NCBI RefSeq assembly: GCF_000284115.1
Contig: NC_017080.1
Span: 1 to 32,000 of the forward strand
Direction of reading: 5' to 3'
DNA: 32,000 nt
Source of the DNA: Phycisphaera mikurensis NBRC 102666
Lineage (GTDB): Bacteria; Planctomycetota; Phycisphaerae; Phycisphaerales; Phycisphaeraceae
The notes under the pieces were generated by a model. It saw only the letters and a program-made list of their open reading frames with translations, was not told where the DNA came from and did no database searches. Both the position numbers and the translations under genes were made by a program. Numbering within the stretch: position 1 is the stretch's first letter; each line of letters starts with the position of its first letter. Below, piece by piece: positions 17,387-26,808 of the stretch.

Positions 17387-18328
17387 TCAGCCCGCCGTTG
17401 CACCCACGCCGCGGAGCGCTTCCGCGACGCCGGCGACGCCGAGCAGCAGGCCCAGCACGCCGTTGACGGTGAGGAAGGCGGTGCCCAGGCGCTCGAGCCG
17501 GCCCCCGCGCACGAGCCACTGCTCGCACAGCAGCAGGGCCAGCGCCAGCGTGGTCGCGCCCGCGAAGAGCGGCCCCAGCCGCGGCTCGGCGAGGTTCAGG
17601 CCCGCCAGCGAAAGGAACGCCAGCGCGTGCAGCGCCCGCGACACCGCCACCGCCCCCCCCGCACCGAACCGGGCCGGGACCGAGCGGAGACCCAGCCGCG
17701 CGTCCACCTCCCGGTCGGCCAGGGCGTAGAGCACGTCGAAGCCCGCCACCCACCCCGCGACGAAGCCCGCGAGCAGCCACGGCCCCGGCGTCGCCGCGTA
17801 CGCCGGTTCCACCGCCAGCGCCGCGGCGACCGGCGACACCGCCAGCGCCACGCCGAGCACGACGTGGCACCAGGCCGTGAACCGCTTCGTGAAGCTGTAC
17901 AGCGCGAGCCAGCCGAGCACGGGGAGCGCGAGCGCAACCGGCCAGAGGTTCCCGCGGAGGAACCAGAAGCCCGCGGCCGCCGCGACGAAGAGCACGGCCG
18001 AAACCACGATCGCGCCCCCGGCGAAGGCCGCGGACAGCCGGCCCGCCGGGATCGCGCGGCCCGCGGTCCGCGGGTTCTGGGCGTCGAAGCCGGCGTCGGC
18101 CACCCGGTTGACCGTCATCGCGAAGGTGCGGGCCGTCACCATGCAGGCGAGGACCAGCAGAAGCTCCCCGGGCGTCGGCCACCGCCCCGCCGACGCGGCC
18201 GCGAGGGCCATGCCCAGCAGGCCGAAGGGCAGCGCGAAGACCGAGTGGCTGAGCTTGATGTCGCGGGCGAGCGCGGCGGAAGAGGCAAGAGACGAAGAGA
18301 CGAAGAGACGAAGGGACGGAGTCAGCAC
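17387..18328 (-). CDS. UbiA-family prenyltransferase (possible MqnP-type menaquinone enzyme)
   Basis: KLSHSVFALPFGLLGMALA; RTFAMTVNRVADAGFDAQNPRTAGRAIPAG; DVLYALADREVDARLGLRSVPARFG; multiple transmembrane segments. GTG start at 18328 is tentative. Confidence 0.93.
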   Translation of the reverse strand: MLTPSLRLFVSSSLASSAALARDIKLSHSVFALPFGLLGMALAAASAGRWPTPGELLLVLACMVTARTFAMTVNRVADAGFDAQNPRTAGRAIPAGRLSAAFAGGAIVVSAVLFVAAAAGFWFLRGNLWPVALALPVLGWLALYSFTKRFTAWCHVVLGVALAVSPVAAALAVEPAYAATPGPWLLAGFVAGWVAGFDVLYALADREVDARLGLRSVPARFGAGGAVAVSRALHALAFLSLAGLNLAEPRLGPLFAGATTLALALLLCEQWLVRGGRLERLGTAFLTVNGVLGLLLGVAGVAEALRGVGATAG

Positions 18329-18957
18329 CGCGGCTGGCCCCCGCGGTCCGCGGTCGGGGCGGCCCCGTCCCACCGCGGGCTCGCGTCGTGCTCGACCCCG
18401 AGGTGGTCCAGCACGCGGGCGACGACGGTGTCGGCCACCTCCTCCACCGTCCGCGGCCGCGTGTAGAAGCTCGGGTTCGCCGGCAGCACCACCGCGCCCG
18501 CCTCGTCGGCGGCGAGCAGATTTTTAAGGTCCACCCGCGACAGCGGCGTCTCGCGGTGCACGAGCACCAGCGGGCGACGCTCCTTCAGGCACACGGCCGC
18601 GGCGCGGTGCAGGAGGTGCTGGGCCTGCCCGGTGGCGATGGCCGACAGCGAGTTGCTCGAGCAGGGCACCACCGCCATGCCGTCGTGGCGGAAGCTGCCC
18701 GACGCCAGCGTCGCGCCGACGTCGCCGGGGCGGTGGTTGACGAGGTTCTCCGGGCAGGGCCCGCCGGCCTCGCCGCCGCAGAGCGCGGCGAGGTCGAGGC
18801 CCTCCATCCCCAGCTCGTCCCGCAGCAGCCGGACGCCCAGCGGCGTGACCACCAGGTGCGTCTCCACGCCGGCGGCGACGAGGTGCGTCACGAGCCGCTG
18901 CGCGTAGATCGCGCCGCTGGCCCCGCTCACCCCCACCACGATGCGTCCGGGCCTCAC
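18322..18957 (-). CDS. ubiX: Flavin prenyltransferase UbiX
   Basis: RIVVGVSGASGAIYAQRLV; MAVVPCSSNSLSAIATG; CLKERRPLVLVHRETPLSRVDLKNLLAADEAGAVVLPANPSFYTRPRTVEEVADTVVARVLDHLGV. GTG start inferred. Confidence 0.95.
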   Translation of the reverse strand: MRPGRIVVGVSGASGAIYAQRLVTHLVAAGVETHLVVTPLGVRLLRDELGMEGLDLAALCGGEAGGPCPENLVNHRPGDVGATLASGSFRHDGMAVVPCSSNSLSAIATGQAQHLLHRAAAVCLKERRPLVLVHRETPLSRVDLKNLLAADEAGAVVLPANPSFYTRPRTVEEVADTVVARVLDHLGVEHDASPRWDGAAPTADRGGQPRC

Positions 18958-19065
18958 GCGGCGAGCGTAGAAGCCGCGGCCGCGGCGACAAGCCCGCCCT
19001 GCGCCGGGGCGCGGCGCAGGGCGGGCTGGTTTCTCCCCCGGATCCTCCCCCCGTTCCGGCACGGA

Positions 19066-19671
19066 TCAGGCCGAGCGGCGGCGGCCCAGGAGGGCGGCGC
19101 CACCGAGGGCGACCAGCGCGAAGCTGGCGGGCTCGGGAACGGCGTTGACCTCGAAGCTGTCGAGCTCGAAGCTGTCCCCGGCACCGTTCTGGTCCAGGAC
19201 CAGCGTGAGCGACACGCTGCTGGTGCCGTCGAGCACGGGAACGCTCAGCACGCCGGCGTCGTCGCCGCCGAAGGTGCCGGTGGCGATGCTGGCGCTGTCG
19301 GCGAACACGTCGTAGGTGATGCTGTCGGTGCTGTCGAACCCGTCGAGGTCGTACGCGAAGCCGACGGTGATGTCGGTCAGGCCGCTCACGTCGACCCCGT
19401 CAAAGGTCAGCGTGACGGGGTTGAGCTGCGGCTCGCCGGGCTCGTTGCTGAGGTCCCGGCCGAAGATCACGTTGTCGGGACCGAGGTCGGCCCCGGCCTG
19501 GATGAAGAGGCCCTGGTCGGCCGAGCCGGGGTCGACGAAGAGGCTCGAAGCGACGTTGTTGGACCAGGTGTCGCTGCCGTCGAACTCCGCGGAGGCGATG
19601 ACAGCGGCGGAGGCCGGACCGGCGAAGCCGGCGGCGGCGAGGGCGAGGGCGGTGGTCTTGAAAGCGGTCAT
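19066..19671 (-). CDS. PEP-CTERM sorting-domain protein (small exported protein)
   Basis: Signal peptide MTAFKTTALALAAAGFAGPASAA; C-terminal VPEPASFALVALGGAALLGRRRSA. Confidence 0.9.
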   Translation of the reverse strand: MTAFKTTALALAAAGFAGPASAAVIASAEFDGSDTWSNNVASSLFVDPGSADQGLFIQAGADLGPDNVIFGRDLSNEPGEPQLNPVTLTFDGVDVSGLTDITVGFAYDLDGFDSTDSITYDVFADSASIATGTFGGDDAGVLSVPVLDGTSSVSLTLVLDQNGAGDSFELDSFEVNAVPEPASFALVALGGAALLGRRRSA

Positions 19672-19963
19672 GGGGGTCGGTCTCTCCAAAGTCGCGCCGA
19701 AAGCGCAGGATCCACGCTCACCCGCAGGGAACTCCCCTGCAGGTGGGTCAAGAGGCCGGGCCCGGGGATTCCGGGGCCGCCGCGCCGCAGGAATGGGCAC
19801 GGGATGCGTCTTGACCGGGGTTATGCAAGACCGGTGCCAGGTGGCTCCGCTCCCCCGAGAGCGGCCGATCGCCGCCAAACTAGAAGCATGCCGGCGGGGC
19901 GTCGAGGCCCTCCACCGGCGATTCACGCAAAGCTGACAAAGTTCATGTTTCCCGCACAAGCGG

Positions 19964-20009
19964 CCGCGGACCGCCGCTCTTGGCGAGCGCGACGCGCGAC
20001 GGTCCGCGG
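19964..20009. repeat. 46-bp palindromic intergenic element, copy 2
   Basis: CCGCGGACCG-N26-CGGTCCGCGG, ending 26 bp before the dgt start codon. Confidence 0.75.
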
Positions 20010-20035
20010 GATGGCGGGCGGTACCGTCGGGCTCC

Positions 20036-21370
20036 ATGAGCGACCCGCCGCCCGTGCTCCGCTGGGACCGCCTGCTCTCGGCGGAGCGGATCCCGCTGCC
20101 CGGTGAGGAGGCAGACGCCGCGTCCGCGCGCAGCGGCGACGCCCACCGCACGCCCTTCGAGGCCGACCACGACCGGGTCGTGTACGCGGCCCCGTTCCGG
20201 CGGCTGGCCCGCAAGACGCAGGTCCACCCGCTGGCCCCCAACGATCAGGTGCACAACCGGCTGACGCACTCCATCGAGGTCGCCAGCGTGGGGAGGTCGC
20301 TGGGGCGGCGGCTGGGCGCCTTCTTGACGGGGCGCGGCGACCTCGCCCGGGAGCACGCCGACGACCTCGTGTGGATCCTGCAGGCCGCCTGCCTCGCCCA
20401 CGACCTGGGGAACCCGCCCTTCGGCCACGCCGGGGAGTACGCGCTGCGGGCCTTCGCCGCGAAGCACCCCGCCGACGTGCCGGGTGCGGGCACGCCCGCC
20501 GCGGCCGATTGGGCGCTCTTCGAGGGCAACGCCCAGGGGTTCCGCCTCGCCGCCCGAGCCGACAACCCAGGGGCCGGCCACCTGCGGCTGACGTGCTCGA
20601 CGCTGGGCGCGATCGTCAAGTACCCGTGGGCGGTGGACGACCCGCGGGCCGCCGCCCGGGGCAAGTTCAACGCCTTCCACTCGGAGAAGGACGTCTTCGC
20701 ACGGGTGGTCGACGCGTGCGGTCTCGCGCTGCCGGGCGGCCGCGTCGCCCGGCACCCGCTGTCGTTCCTCGCCGAAGCCGCCGACGACATCTGCTACCGG
20801 ATCCTCGACCTCGAGGACGCCGTGGAGATGCGGATCGTCCCGGAGGAGCGGGTGCGGCGGATCTTCGCCGGCTTCACCGAGGCCGACCCCGCCGCCCCGC
20901 TGTCGAAGCTCCGCGGCGGCGTCATCCGCGCGCTGGAGCGGGCCTGCTGGAACGCCTTCGTCGACGGCTTCCCGGCGGTCATGGCGGGCGAGCGGGAGGA
21001 CGACCTGAAGTCGAGCCTCGCCGGCCGGCTGCCCGACGCGCTCGCCGAGGTGAAGGCGCTGTACGGCGAGATCTTCGCCCACCGCGACAAGGTGGCCGCC
21101 GAGCTGGGCGCGTACAAGGCGCTCGGCCGGATCGTCACCGCGCTCGCCCGCTCGGTCGACGACCTCACCGCCTCCCCGGGCCGCCGCTTCGCCGAGACGG
21201 ACTTCCTCACGCAGCGCACCCTCGAGCTCGCCTTCGGCCGGTCCCACGTGGAAGAGCACCCCGGCCGCGGGGCGTTCTGGTGGAGTCACCGGGTGATGGA
21301 CTTCGTCAGCGGCCTCACCGACAACGGCGCCCGCGACCTCTCCGCCGCGATCGACGGCCACGCGGCGTGA
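20036..21370 (+). CDS. dgt: Deoxyguanosinetriphosphate triphosphohydrolase-like protein (HD domain)
   Basis: PFRRLARKTQVHPLAPNDQVHNRLTHSIEVASVGRSLG; CLAHDLGNPPFGHAGEYAL; FEGNAQGFRL; LTCSTLGAIVKYPW. Confidence 0.95.
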   Translation: MSDPPPVLRWDRLLSAERIPLPGEEADAASARSGDAHRTPFEADHDRVVYAAPFRRLARKTQVHPLAPNDQVHNRLTHSIEVASVGRSLGRRLGAFLTGRGDLAREHADDLVWILQAACLAHDLGNPPFGHAGEYALRAFAAKHPADVPGAGTPAAADWALFEGNAQGFRLAARADNPGAGHLRLTCSTLGAIVKYPWAVDDPRAAARGKFNAFHSEKDVFARVVDACGLALPGGRVARHPLSFLAEAADDICYRILDLEDAVEMRIVPEERVRRIFAGFTEADPAAPLSKLRGGVIRALERACWNAFVDGFPAVMAGEREDDLKSSLAGRLPDALAEVKALYGEIFAHRDKVAAELGAYKALGRIVTALARSVDDLTASPGRRFAETDFLTQRTLELAFGRSHVEEHPGRGAFWWSHRVMDFVSGLTDNGARDLSAAIDGHAA

Positions 21371-21421
21371 GGGCCTCCGCCGGCTGCGCAACGCCCGCGC
21401 AGCCGTGTTTTGTTTCTGGAA

Positions 21422-21467
21422 CCGCGGACCGTCGGCGTTCCGGGCGTCGACGGCCGGCGATCCGCGG
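21422..21467. repeat. 46-bp palindromic intergenic element, copy 3
   Basis: CCGCGGACCG-N26-CGATCCGCGG (one mismatch in the right arm), beginning 52 bp after the dgt stop. Confidence 0.65.
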
Positions 21468-21585
21468 GGAGGCCCGGCTGCAGCCTGGCGGCGAGGGCGC
21501 TGGGGACCTCGATCTTCACGAACGCCGAGCAACCGGTCGCGGGCGCGGAGCCGCCCACCGGCTCCGGATGTCTGCGACATTTTGC

Positions 21586-21613
21586 TTGACTACAGGTACA
21601 ACTCTGATACATT
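21586..21613 (+). promoter_or_regulatory. Candidate sigma-70-like promoter upstream of the GntR-LacI regulator
   Basis: TTGACT (21586-21591), 16-nt spacer, TACATT (21608-21613), in an unusually AT-rich patch between dgt and the regulator. Confidence 0.4.
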
Positions 21614-21674
21614 TTCGGAGCGGGCCGGTCTTTCCCGGCCGGTTCCCGCTCCCGTCGCCTCCGAGGCTCCTCCG

Positions 21675-22853
21675 ATGCCGCCGCCCGATCCCCTCCACGA
21701 GGCCCTCGCCGCGACATACCCGCCGCGTGGGTCGGCCGACCAGCTGCGGGAGCGCCTGCTCACGGTGCTCCGCGACGCCTCCACGGCGGCGGGTTCGAGC
21801 TTCTTCACCGACGCCGACCTCGTGGAGATGACCGGCCTGTCGCGGAGCACGGTCCGGCGGGCGATGGACCGGCTCCAGGCCGAGGGGTGGGTGCAGCGGG
21901 AGATCGGCCGCGGGACCTTCGTCGGGCCGCGGGCCGTTGGAGCGGCCGCCACGCCGGGACCGGAACAACCAGCCGGAGGCGACGCGGGCCGGGCGCTCCG
22001 CCGGGTCGCGGTGGCTTCGTTCCGGCTTGCCGGAACGACCACGCTGGAGACCGACTGGTACACGGCGGCTCTCCTGCAGGGTCTGGACCGGACCTGCCAC
22101 GAGCACCACGTGGCGGTGGAGCTGCTCGGCCTCACCGAGATGCGCAGCGACGTGCTGGTCGAGCGGATCCGCCGCTCGCGGCCCCACGTGCTGGTGTGCC
22201 TCGCCCCGGGCCCGACGTCCGTCGAGCTGCTGCTGGAGGCGCAGCGGTGCGGGATCCGCCGCGTCGTCGTGGCCTCCGCCCGAACCGTGGATGGCGTGCC
22301 GGCGCTCGTGGAGAACAACCACCAGGGCGCCCGCGTCGCGGTGGAGCACCTCGCTTCGCTGGGCCACGAACGGATCGGATTCCTGAACCGCCGGCTCGGC
22401 GCCGTCTGGCTGCACGAGCGGCAGCACGGGCACGTCGAGGCGCAGCGTGCACTGGGCTTGCCCGACGACGAGGGGCTGACCTGCTGGTTCGCGCCGCCGT
22501 CCGGGCCCTGGGAGCCCACCCCCGACGACACCGCGGCCATCGCCCGGTGGCTGGAGCGGTCGGGCGCGACCGCCGTGGTCTGCGGGACCTTCTACGGAGC
22601 GCTGGCGCTGGAGCCGGCGGCGGAGCTCGCCGGCCTCGCGGTGCCCGCCGACCTGTCCGTGCTGGCCTTCGACGACCACCCGCTGCTCCGCAGCGCCTTC
22701 GGTGGGCGGTCGGTTACCCGCCTGGGCGTTCCGCTGGGCGAGATGGGCGGCATGATCGCGCGCGTCGCCGGCAGCGGCCAGGACTTGCCGCCGACCACCT
22801 TCTTCGACTTCGACTTCATCCGCGGCGGGACGACCGCCGCGCCCCTCTCCTGA
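21675..22853 (+). CDS. Transcriptional regulator: GntR-type winged HTH fused to a LacI/PBP1-like sensor domain
   Basis: DQLRERLLTVLRDASTAAG...LVEMTGLSRSTVRRAMDRLQAEGWVQREIGRGTFVG; HVLVCLAPGPTSVELLLEAQRCGIRRVVVAS; VAVEHLASLGHERIGFLNR; LAVPADLSVLAFDDHPLL. Confidence 0.92.
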   Translation: MPPPDPLHEALAATYPPRGSADQLRERLLTVLRDASTAAGSSFFTDADLVEMTGLSRSTVRRAMDRLQAEGWVQREIGRGTFVGPRAVGAAATPGPEQPAGGDAGRALRRVAVASFRLAGTTTLETDWYTAALLQGLDRTCHEHHVAVELLGLTEMRSDVLVERIRRSRPHVLVCLAPGPTSVELLLEAQRCGIRRVVVASARTVDGVPALVENNHQGARVAVEHLASLGHERIGFLNRRLGAVWLHERQHGHVEAQRALGLPDDEGLTCWFAPPSGPWEPTPDDTAAIARWLERSGATAVVCGTFYGALALEPAAELAGLAVPADLSVLAFDDHPLLRSAFGGRSVTRLGVPLGEMGGMIARVAGSGQDLPPTTFFDFDFIRGGTTAAPLS

Positions 22854-22889
22854 TCCCCGGGATCGGGATCTTCCTCTCCGAGTCTCGCC

Positions 22890-23657
22890 ATGGCCCCTCC
22901 CCGCCGCTGCGCTGCCGCCTTCACCCTCATCGAGCTGCTCGTGGTGATCTCGATCATCGCGCTGCTGATCGGGATCCTGCTGCCGGCGCTGGGCGCCGCC
23001 CGCGCCGCGGCCCGCGACGTGGCCTGCCTAAGCAACGTCCGCCAGTTCGGGATCGCCTTCGCCGCCTACGAAGCGGACAGCCGCGTCCTGCCGGCCGGGA
23101 AGACCAGCAGCAGCCCGTACCTGGACTGGTCGATCTCGCTCCGGGAGGACTACCTCTCCGGCGAGCGGGAGCAGACGCTGCGGTGCCCCTCGGCCGCGGA
23201 GGGCGCGGCCACCGCGAACAAGCACTACAACACCCACCCGCGGCTGATCCCGGACCTGGAGATCGACGACTTCGCGGCCCCGGTGCCCCGCCCCAAGCTG
23301 CGCCAGATTCGCACGGATCAGATCCGCGCCGTCACCGACCTGTACCTGATCTCCGACGGCGGCCAGGCGCCCGAGAGCGATCCCTTCGTCCCGCTGGCGT
23401 CGCAGCCGGTGGCCACGCGCGTCGACGGCAACCGAATCTTCTACCAGGGCGTGGTCGCGTACAGCAACCAGGATCCCAACGAGCGGATCGATCCCGGGAA
23501 CCAGACCAGCAACGGAGGCTTGGGCGACCCCTTCAGCCCACGCTTCCGCCACGGCAACGACGCGGTCGGCAGCTTCCTGTTCGCGGACGGCCACGGCGGC
23601 ACCCTCGGCGCCGACACCTTCACCGCGAAGCACGTGCGGGTGCCCAACCCCTACTGA
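22890..23657 (+). CDS. Prepilin-type N-terminal cleavage/methylation domain protein (pseudopilin-like)
   Basis: [55 protein letters not shown]; C-terminal [11 protein letters not shown]. Confidence 0.93.
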   Translation: MAPPRRCAAAFTLIELLVVISIIALLIGILLPALGAARAAARDVACLSNVRQFGIAFAAYEADSRVLPAGKTSSSPYLDWSISLREDYLSGEREQTLRCPSAAEGAATANKHYNTHPRLIPDLEIDDFAAPVPRPKLRQIRTDQIRAVTDLYLISDGGQAPESDPFVPLASQPVATRVDGNRIFYQGVVAYSNQDPNERIDPGNQTSNGGLGDPFSPRFRHGNDAVGSFLFADGHGGTLGADTFTAKHVRVPNPY

Positions 23658-23733
23658 CCGCGTCCTGATCGTCTTCCCCTCGCGGCCGCCTGCCGGGCGG
23701 CCCGCACCCGCCCCTTCTCACCCGGAGAATCCC

Positions 23734-24498
23734 ATGGCCCGCTTCCCCTTCCCCGCCCTCCTCGCCGCCGCCGCCCTCGCGGCCGCGGCCCCGTCCGCCC
23801 AAGCGGCGACCTTCTTCGAAGACTTCGACGGCGACACGATCGCCACGACCGACCTCACGATCACCAGCCGCGACGGCGAGGCGGTGAACACGATCGTCAG
23901 CCAGGGGGCGTCCGACGACGCGCTGCAGATCCAAACCCTGGGCAACGACGGCGACCTGGTCCGCGCGACGACCACCGACGCCACCGCGGTGCAGCAGTTC
24001 ACCGTCTCCGCCGACGTTTCGACCGTCGCCCAGAACTTCTCGCGGAGCTTCACCGGCCTCCTCGCCGGCGGAGCGAACACGATCAACAACGACGGCTACC
24101 GCGTCCGCGTCCGGCAACCCGGCTTCAGCGACACCGGCTACGTGCTCGAGCTCCGCTCGGGCGGTGCCGTCATCGACACGACCCCGATCGCGGCGAGCCC
24201 CCAGGGCAACCCCTTCACGCTCACCCTCAGCGGGTTCCTCGACGCGGCCGGCGACCTGCAGCTGACCGGCACCAACGGCACCGAGACCGTCTCGGGCACG
24301 GTCAGCGCCAGCGGCGTCTTCTTCGGGGCCGGGGCGTACGGCATCGAGGGCGGCGGCGACTTCAGCAACAACCGCTACGAGGTTCAATTCGACAACCTCA
24401 GCGTCGACGTCAGCAACGTGCCGGTGCCCGAGCCCGGCTCGCTGCTGCTGGCCTCCGCCGGCGTCGGCTTGCTGGCTCTGCGCCGCCGCCGCGCCTGA
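23734..24498 (+). CDS. PEP-CTERM sorting-domain protein
   Basis: Signal peptide MARFPFPALLAAAALAAAAPSAQA; C-terminal VPVPEPGSLLLASAGVGLLALRRRRA. Confidence 0.92.
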   Translation: MARFPFPALLAAAALAAAAPSAQAATFFEDFDGDTIATTDLTITSRDGEAVNTIVSQGASDDALQIQTLGNDGDLVRATTTDATAVQQFTVSADVSTVAQNFSRSFTGLLAGGANTINNDGYRVRVRQPGFSDTGYVLELRSGGAVIDTTPIAASPQGNPFTLTLSGFLDAAGDLQLTGTNGTETVSGTVSASGVFFGAGAYGIEGGGDFSNNRYEVQFDNLSVDVSNVPVPEPGSLLLASAGVGLLALRRRRA

Positions 24499-24553
24499 AG
24501 CGCAGCGACCCGGATCCCGCTCGTTGCCCTCCACCCGGGGGCCACGGGCCTTC

Positions 24554-26692
24554 ATGCGTCCCGCACCCGCCCTCCTCGCCGCCCTCTTGCTCGCGCTCCC
24601 GGCGCCGGCGTCCTCCGCCGGATCCGCCGCGGGCGCCTGGCACGCCGTGCCGTGGGTGACGGCCGACGCGCTGACCGACCCCGCGGTCACGCGCGGGGGC
24701 GAGGGCGGGCAGTGGATCCGCTCGCTGGCGATCGACGGAGCCGACGGATCCTTCCTGATCTATGGAACCGACGTCGGCGGCCTGTTCCGCACCCTCGACG
24801 GCGGCGACACCTGGGAGCCCGCGAACGTTGGCTACGAGCCCCGGGGCACCTGCGCCGTCGCGATCGACCCGGCGAACCCCGACCGCTGCCTCTCGGTCGG
24901 GGCCAACTCCGTGGCTTCCGACGCGCACGGGATCTGGCTGAGCACCGACCGGGCCGGCTCGTGGGAGCACAAGCTCGTGGCCCGGATCTCCTCGACCGTC
25001 GACTTCCGCCAGCAGCTCGCCTACGACGCCGCGAGCTTCGACGAGGCCTTGGGTTTCTGCACCGACGCGTACTGGTCACGGATCCGCGACGACGAAGCGA
25101 AGTGGGGCGAGGTCCAGCCCGACCCGGCGCTGTACCGGACCTCCGACGGCGGCGAGACGTGGGAGCGGCTCCCCGGCTCGGAGCCGTTCGCCGGCGGGCA
25201 CCTCGTGACCCACCCCACACGCCGCGGCGTGCTCTACGCGACCCACCCCGGCGGCCTGTCGGTGAGCGAGGACCGCGGCGAGTCCTTCCGGCTCCTGCTC
25301 GCGGGGAACTTCGCGGGCGTGGCGGTCTCCCCCGACCGCCCCGACGCGCTGTGGGTGGCCCACCCCGGTGGCTTGAAGATCTCGCACGATGGCGGCCGCA
25401 CCTGGGCCGACAGCCCGATGACCGGCGTCTCGCTGGAGGGCCGGGAGGGCGTGGTGTTCGAGCACCCGACGGCGAGCCCGGTGGACGCCGACCGCCTCGC
25501 CGTGCGCAGCCGCGACGAGGACTGGTCCTGGAAGCTGCACGTCTCCGGCGACGGCGGCCGCGGCTTCCGCGAGGCCGCTTTCGACAACGACCTCGCCTTC
25601 CTGCCCTTCAACGTCCGCCACTGGGCGGTCGCGTGGAGCCCGACGAACGCCCGGATCGGCCACACGGTCGGCGGGGACTGGGCGACCCGGTCGCTCGACG
25701 GCGGCGAGACCTTCGCCTGGGCGGGCGACGGGATCAACGGCATCAAGGTCGGCGGCGCCTTCCACTTCGGCTCCGCGTCGCCGGGCACCGTCTACCTGGG
25801 GGCCCAGGACTACAACGGCGCCATCACCCGCGACGGCGGCCGCACCTGGAGCTACGTCAACGCCTCGGGCGACGGCTGGGGCGGCATGGCCTACGGCGGC
25901 TTCGCGGTCGACGACCGGACGCTGATCGTCGGCAAGGGCGAGGGCTGGGACGGGCTCCGGGTGGTGACCGTTTCCACGGACGGCGGTGAAACGATGCGGG
26001 AGGTGCCCGGGGCGACCTGGGACGGCAACCGGTCGGATCCCGCGACGTTCGGGCTGGAAAGCTCTCTCGCCGATCCGCGACGCGAGGGCGTCTGGTTCTG
26101 CGGGCCGTTCCGGACCGCCGACGCGGGCGGGAGCTGGGAACGCATGACCGGCTGCCACGGCGTGGTCGCGGCGCAGGGCGGCTTGCTCTACGGCGTGCGG
26201 CAGACCGACGGGGACGACGCCGCCGTGGTCACCAGCGCCGACGGCGGCGTGGCGTGGCGGCCGCTGGTGGGCGGGTACGCCCGGATCCGGGACGTGGCTC
26301 CCGAGGTCGGCGGCGACGGGGTGTACTTCGTCGCGGACAAGAAGCTGCACCGCTTCGACGCCGACACCGGCGTCGAGGTGCTCGACACGCCGGGCGACGC
26401 CCGGTGGGGCCGCAACGTGGCCAGCGTCGCGACGGACCCCGGTCGGCCGGGCCGGCTGTACGCGGCCCAGCACACCAACGCCCACAAGTCCTCGGTGGGC
26501 GCGATGGTCTCGCGGGACGGCGGGCGGACCTGGGCCTCGCTCACCCGCACCGAGCCGCTGGACGGAAGCGGCGACGGCGGCGGCCTTGACGGCGGCAACG
26601 AAGCTTCGTGGGTCCGCGTGGATCCCGCGACGGGGGACGCCTGGTTCGCGACCGGCTGCTACGGGCTCTGGCGATGGAGCCCGGCGGACTGA
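24554..26692 (+). CDS. Secreted BNR/sialidase-like or GH74 (xyloglucanase)-like beta-propeller protein
   Basis: Signal peptide MRPAPALLAALLLALPAPASSA; repeated Asp-box-like motifs (TLDGGDTWEP, STDRAGSWEH, TSDGGETWER, SEDRGESFRL, SHDGGRTWAD, TRDGGRTWSY, SRDGGRTWAS). Confidence 0.88.
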   Translation: MRPAPALLAALLLALPAPASSAGSAAGAWHAVPWVTADALTDPAVTRGGEGGQWIRSLAIDGADGSFLIYGTDVGGLFRTLDGGDTWEPANVGYEPRGTCAVAIDPANPDRCLSVGANSVASDAHGIWLSTDRAGSWEHKLVARISSTVDFRQQLAYDAASFDEALGFCTDAYWSRIRDDEAKWGEVQPDPALYRTSDGGETWERLPGSEPFAGGHLVTHPTRRGVLYATHPGGLSVSEDRGESFRLLLAGNFAGVAVSPDRPDALWVAHPGGLKISHDGGRTWADSPMTGVSLEGREGVVFEHPTASPVDADRLAVRSRDEDWSWKLHVSGDGGRGFREAAFDNDLAFLPFNVRHWAVAWSPTNARIGHTVGGDWATRSLDGGETFAWAGDGINGIKVGGAFHFGSASPGTVYLGAQDYNGAITRDGGRTWSYVNASGDGWGGMAYGGFAVDDRTLIVGKGEGWDGLRVVTVSTDGGETMREVPGATWDGNRSDPATFGLESSLADPRREGVWFCGPFRTADAGGSWERMTGCHGVVAAQGGLLYGVRQTDGDDAAVVTSADGGVAWRPLVGGYARIRDVAPEVGGDGVYFVADKKLHRFDADTGVEVLDTPGDARWGRNVASVATDPGRPGRLYAAQHTNAHKSSVGAMVSRDGGRTWASLTRTEPLDGSGDGGGLDGGNEASWVRVDPATGDAWFATGCYGLWRWSPAD

Positions 26693-26703
26693 GCCTTCCA
26701 GAT

Positions 26704-26749
26704 CCGCGGACCGCCGGCCGTTCCGGCCGTTCCGGCCGACGGTCCGCGG
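26704..26749. repeat. 46-bp palindromic intergenic element, copy 4
   Basis: CCGCGGACCG-N26-CGGTCCGCGG; arms extend to 16 bp with one mismatch (26704-26719/26734-26749); lies between the two propeller-protein genes. Confidence 0.75.
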
Positions 26750-26808
26750 CCGCCGGCGGGGCCACGCCTCCTCCCCCTCCGTTCCCGCACGACACCGAGA
26801 CGCCGCCG

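Noticed and set aside
18060-18074. CCCGCGG-T-CCGCGGG palindrome resembling the 46-bp element arm
   Set aside because: Lies inside the UbiA coding sequence (NPRTAGR) and has no partner arm at the 26-nt spacing; likely codon-driven.
19943-21580. 545-aa minus-strand ORF
   Set aside because: Antisense to dgt, which has clear HD-domain motifs on the plus strand.
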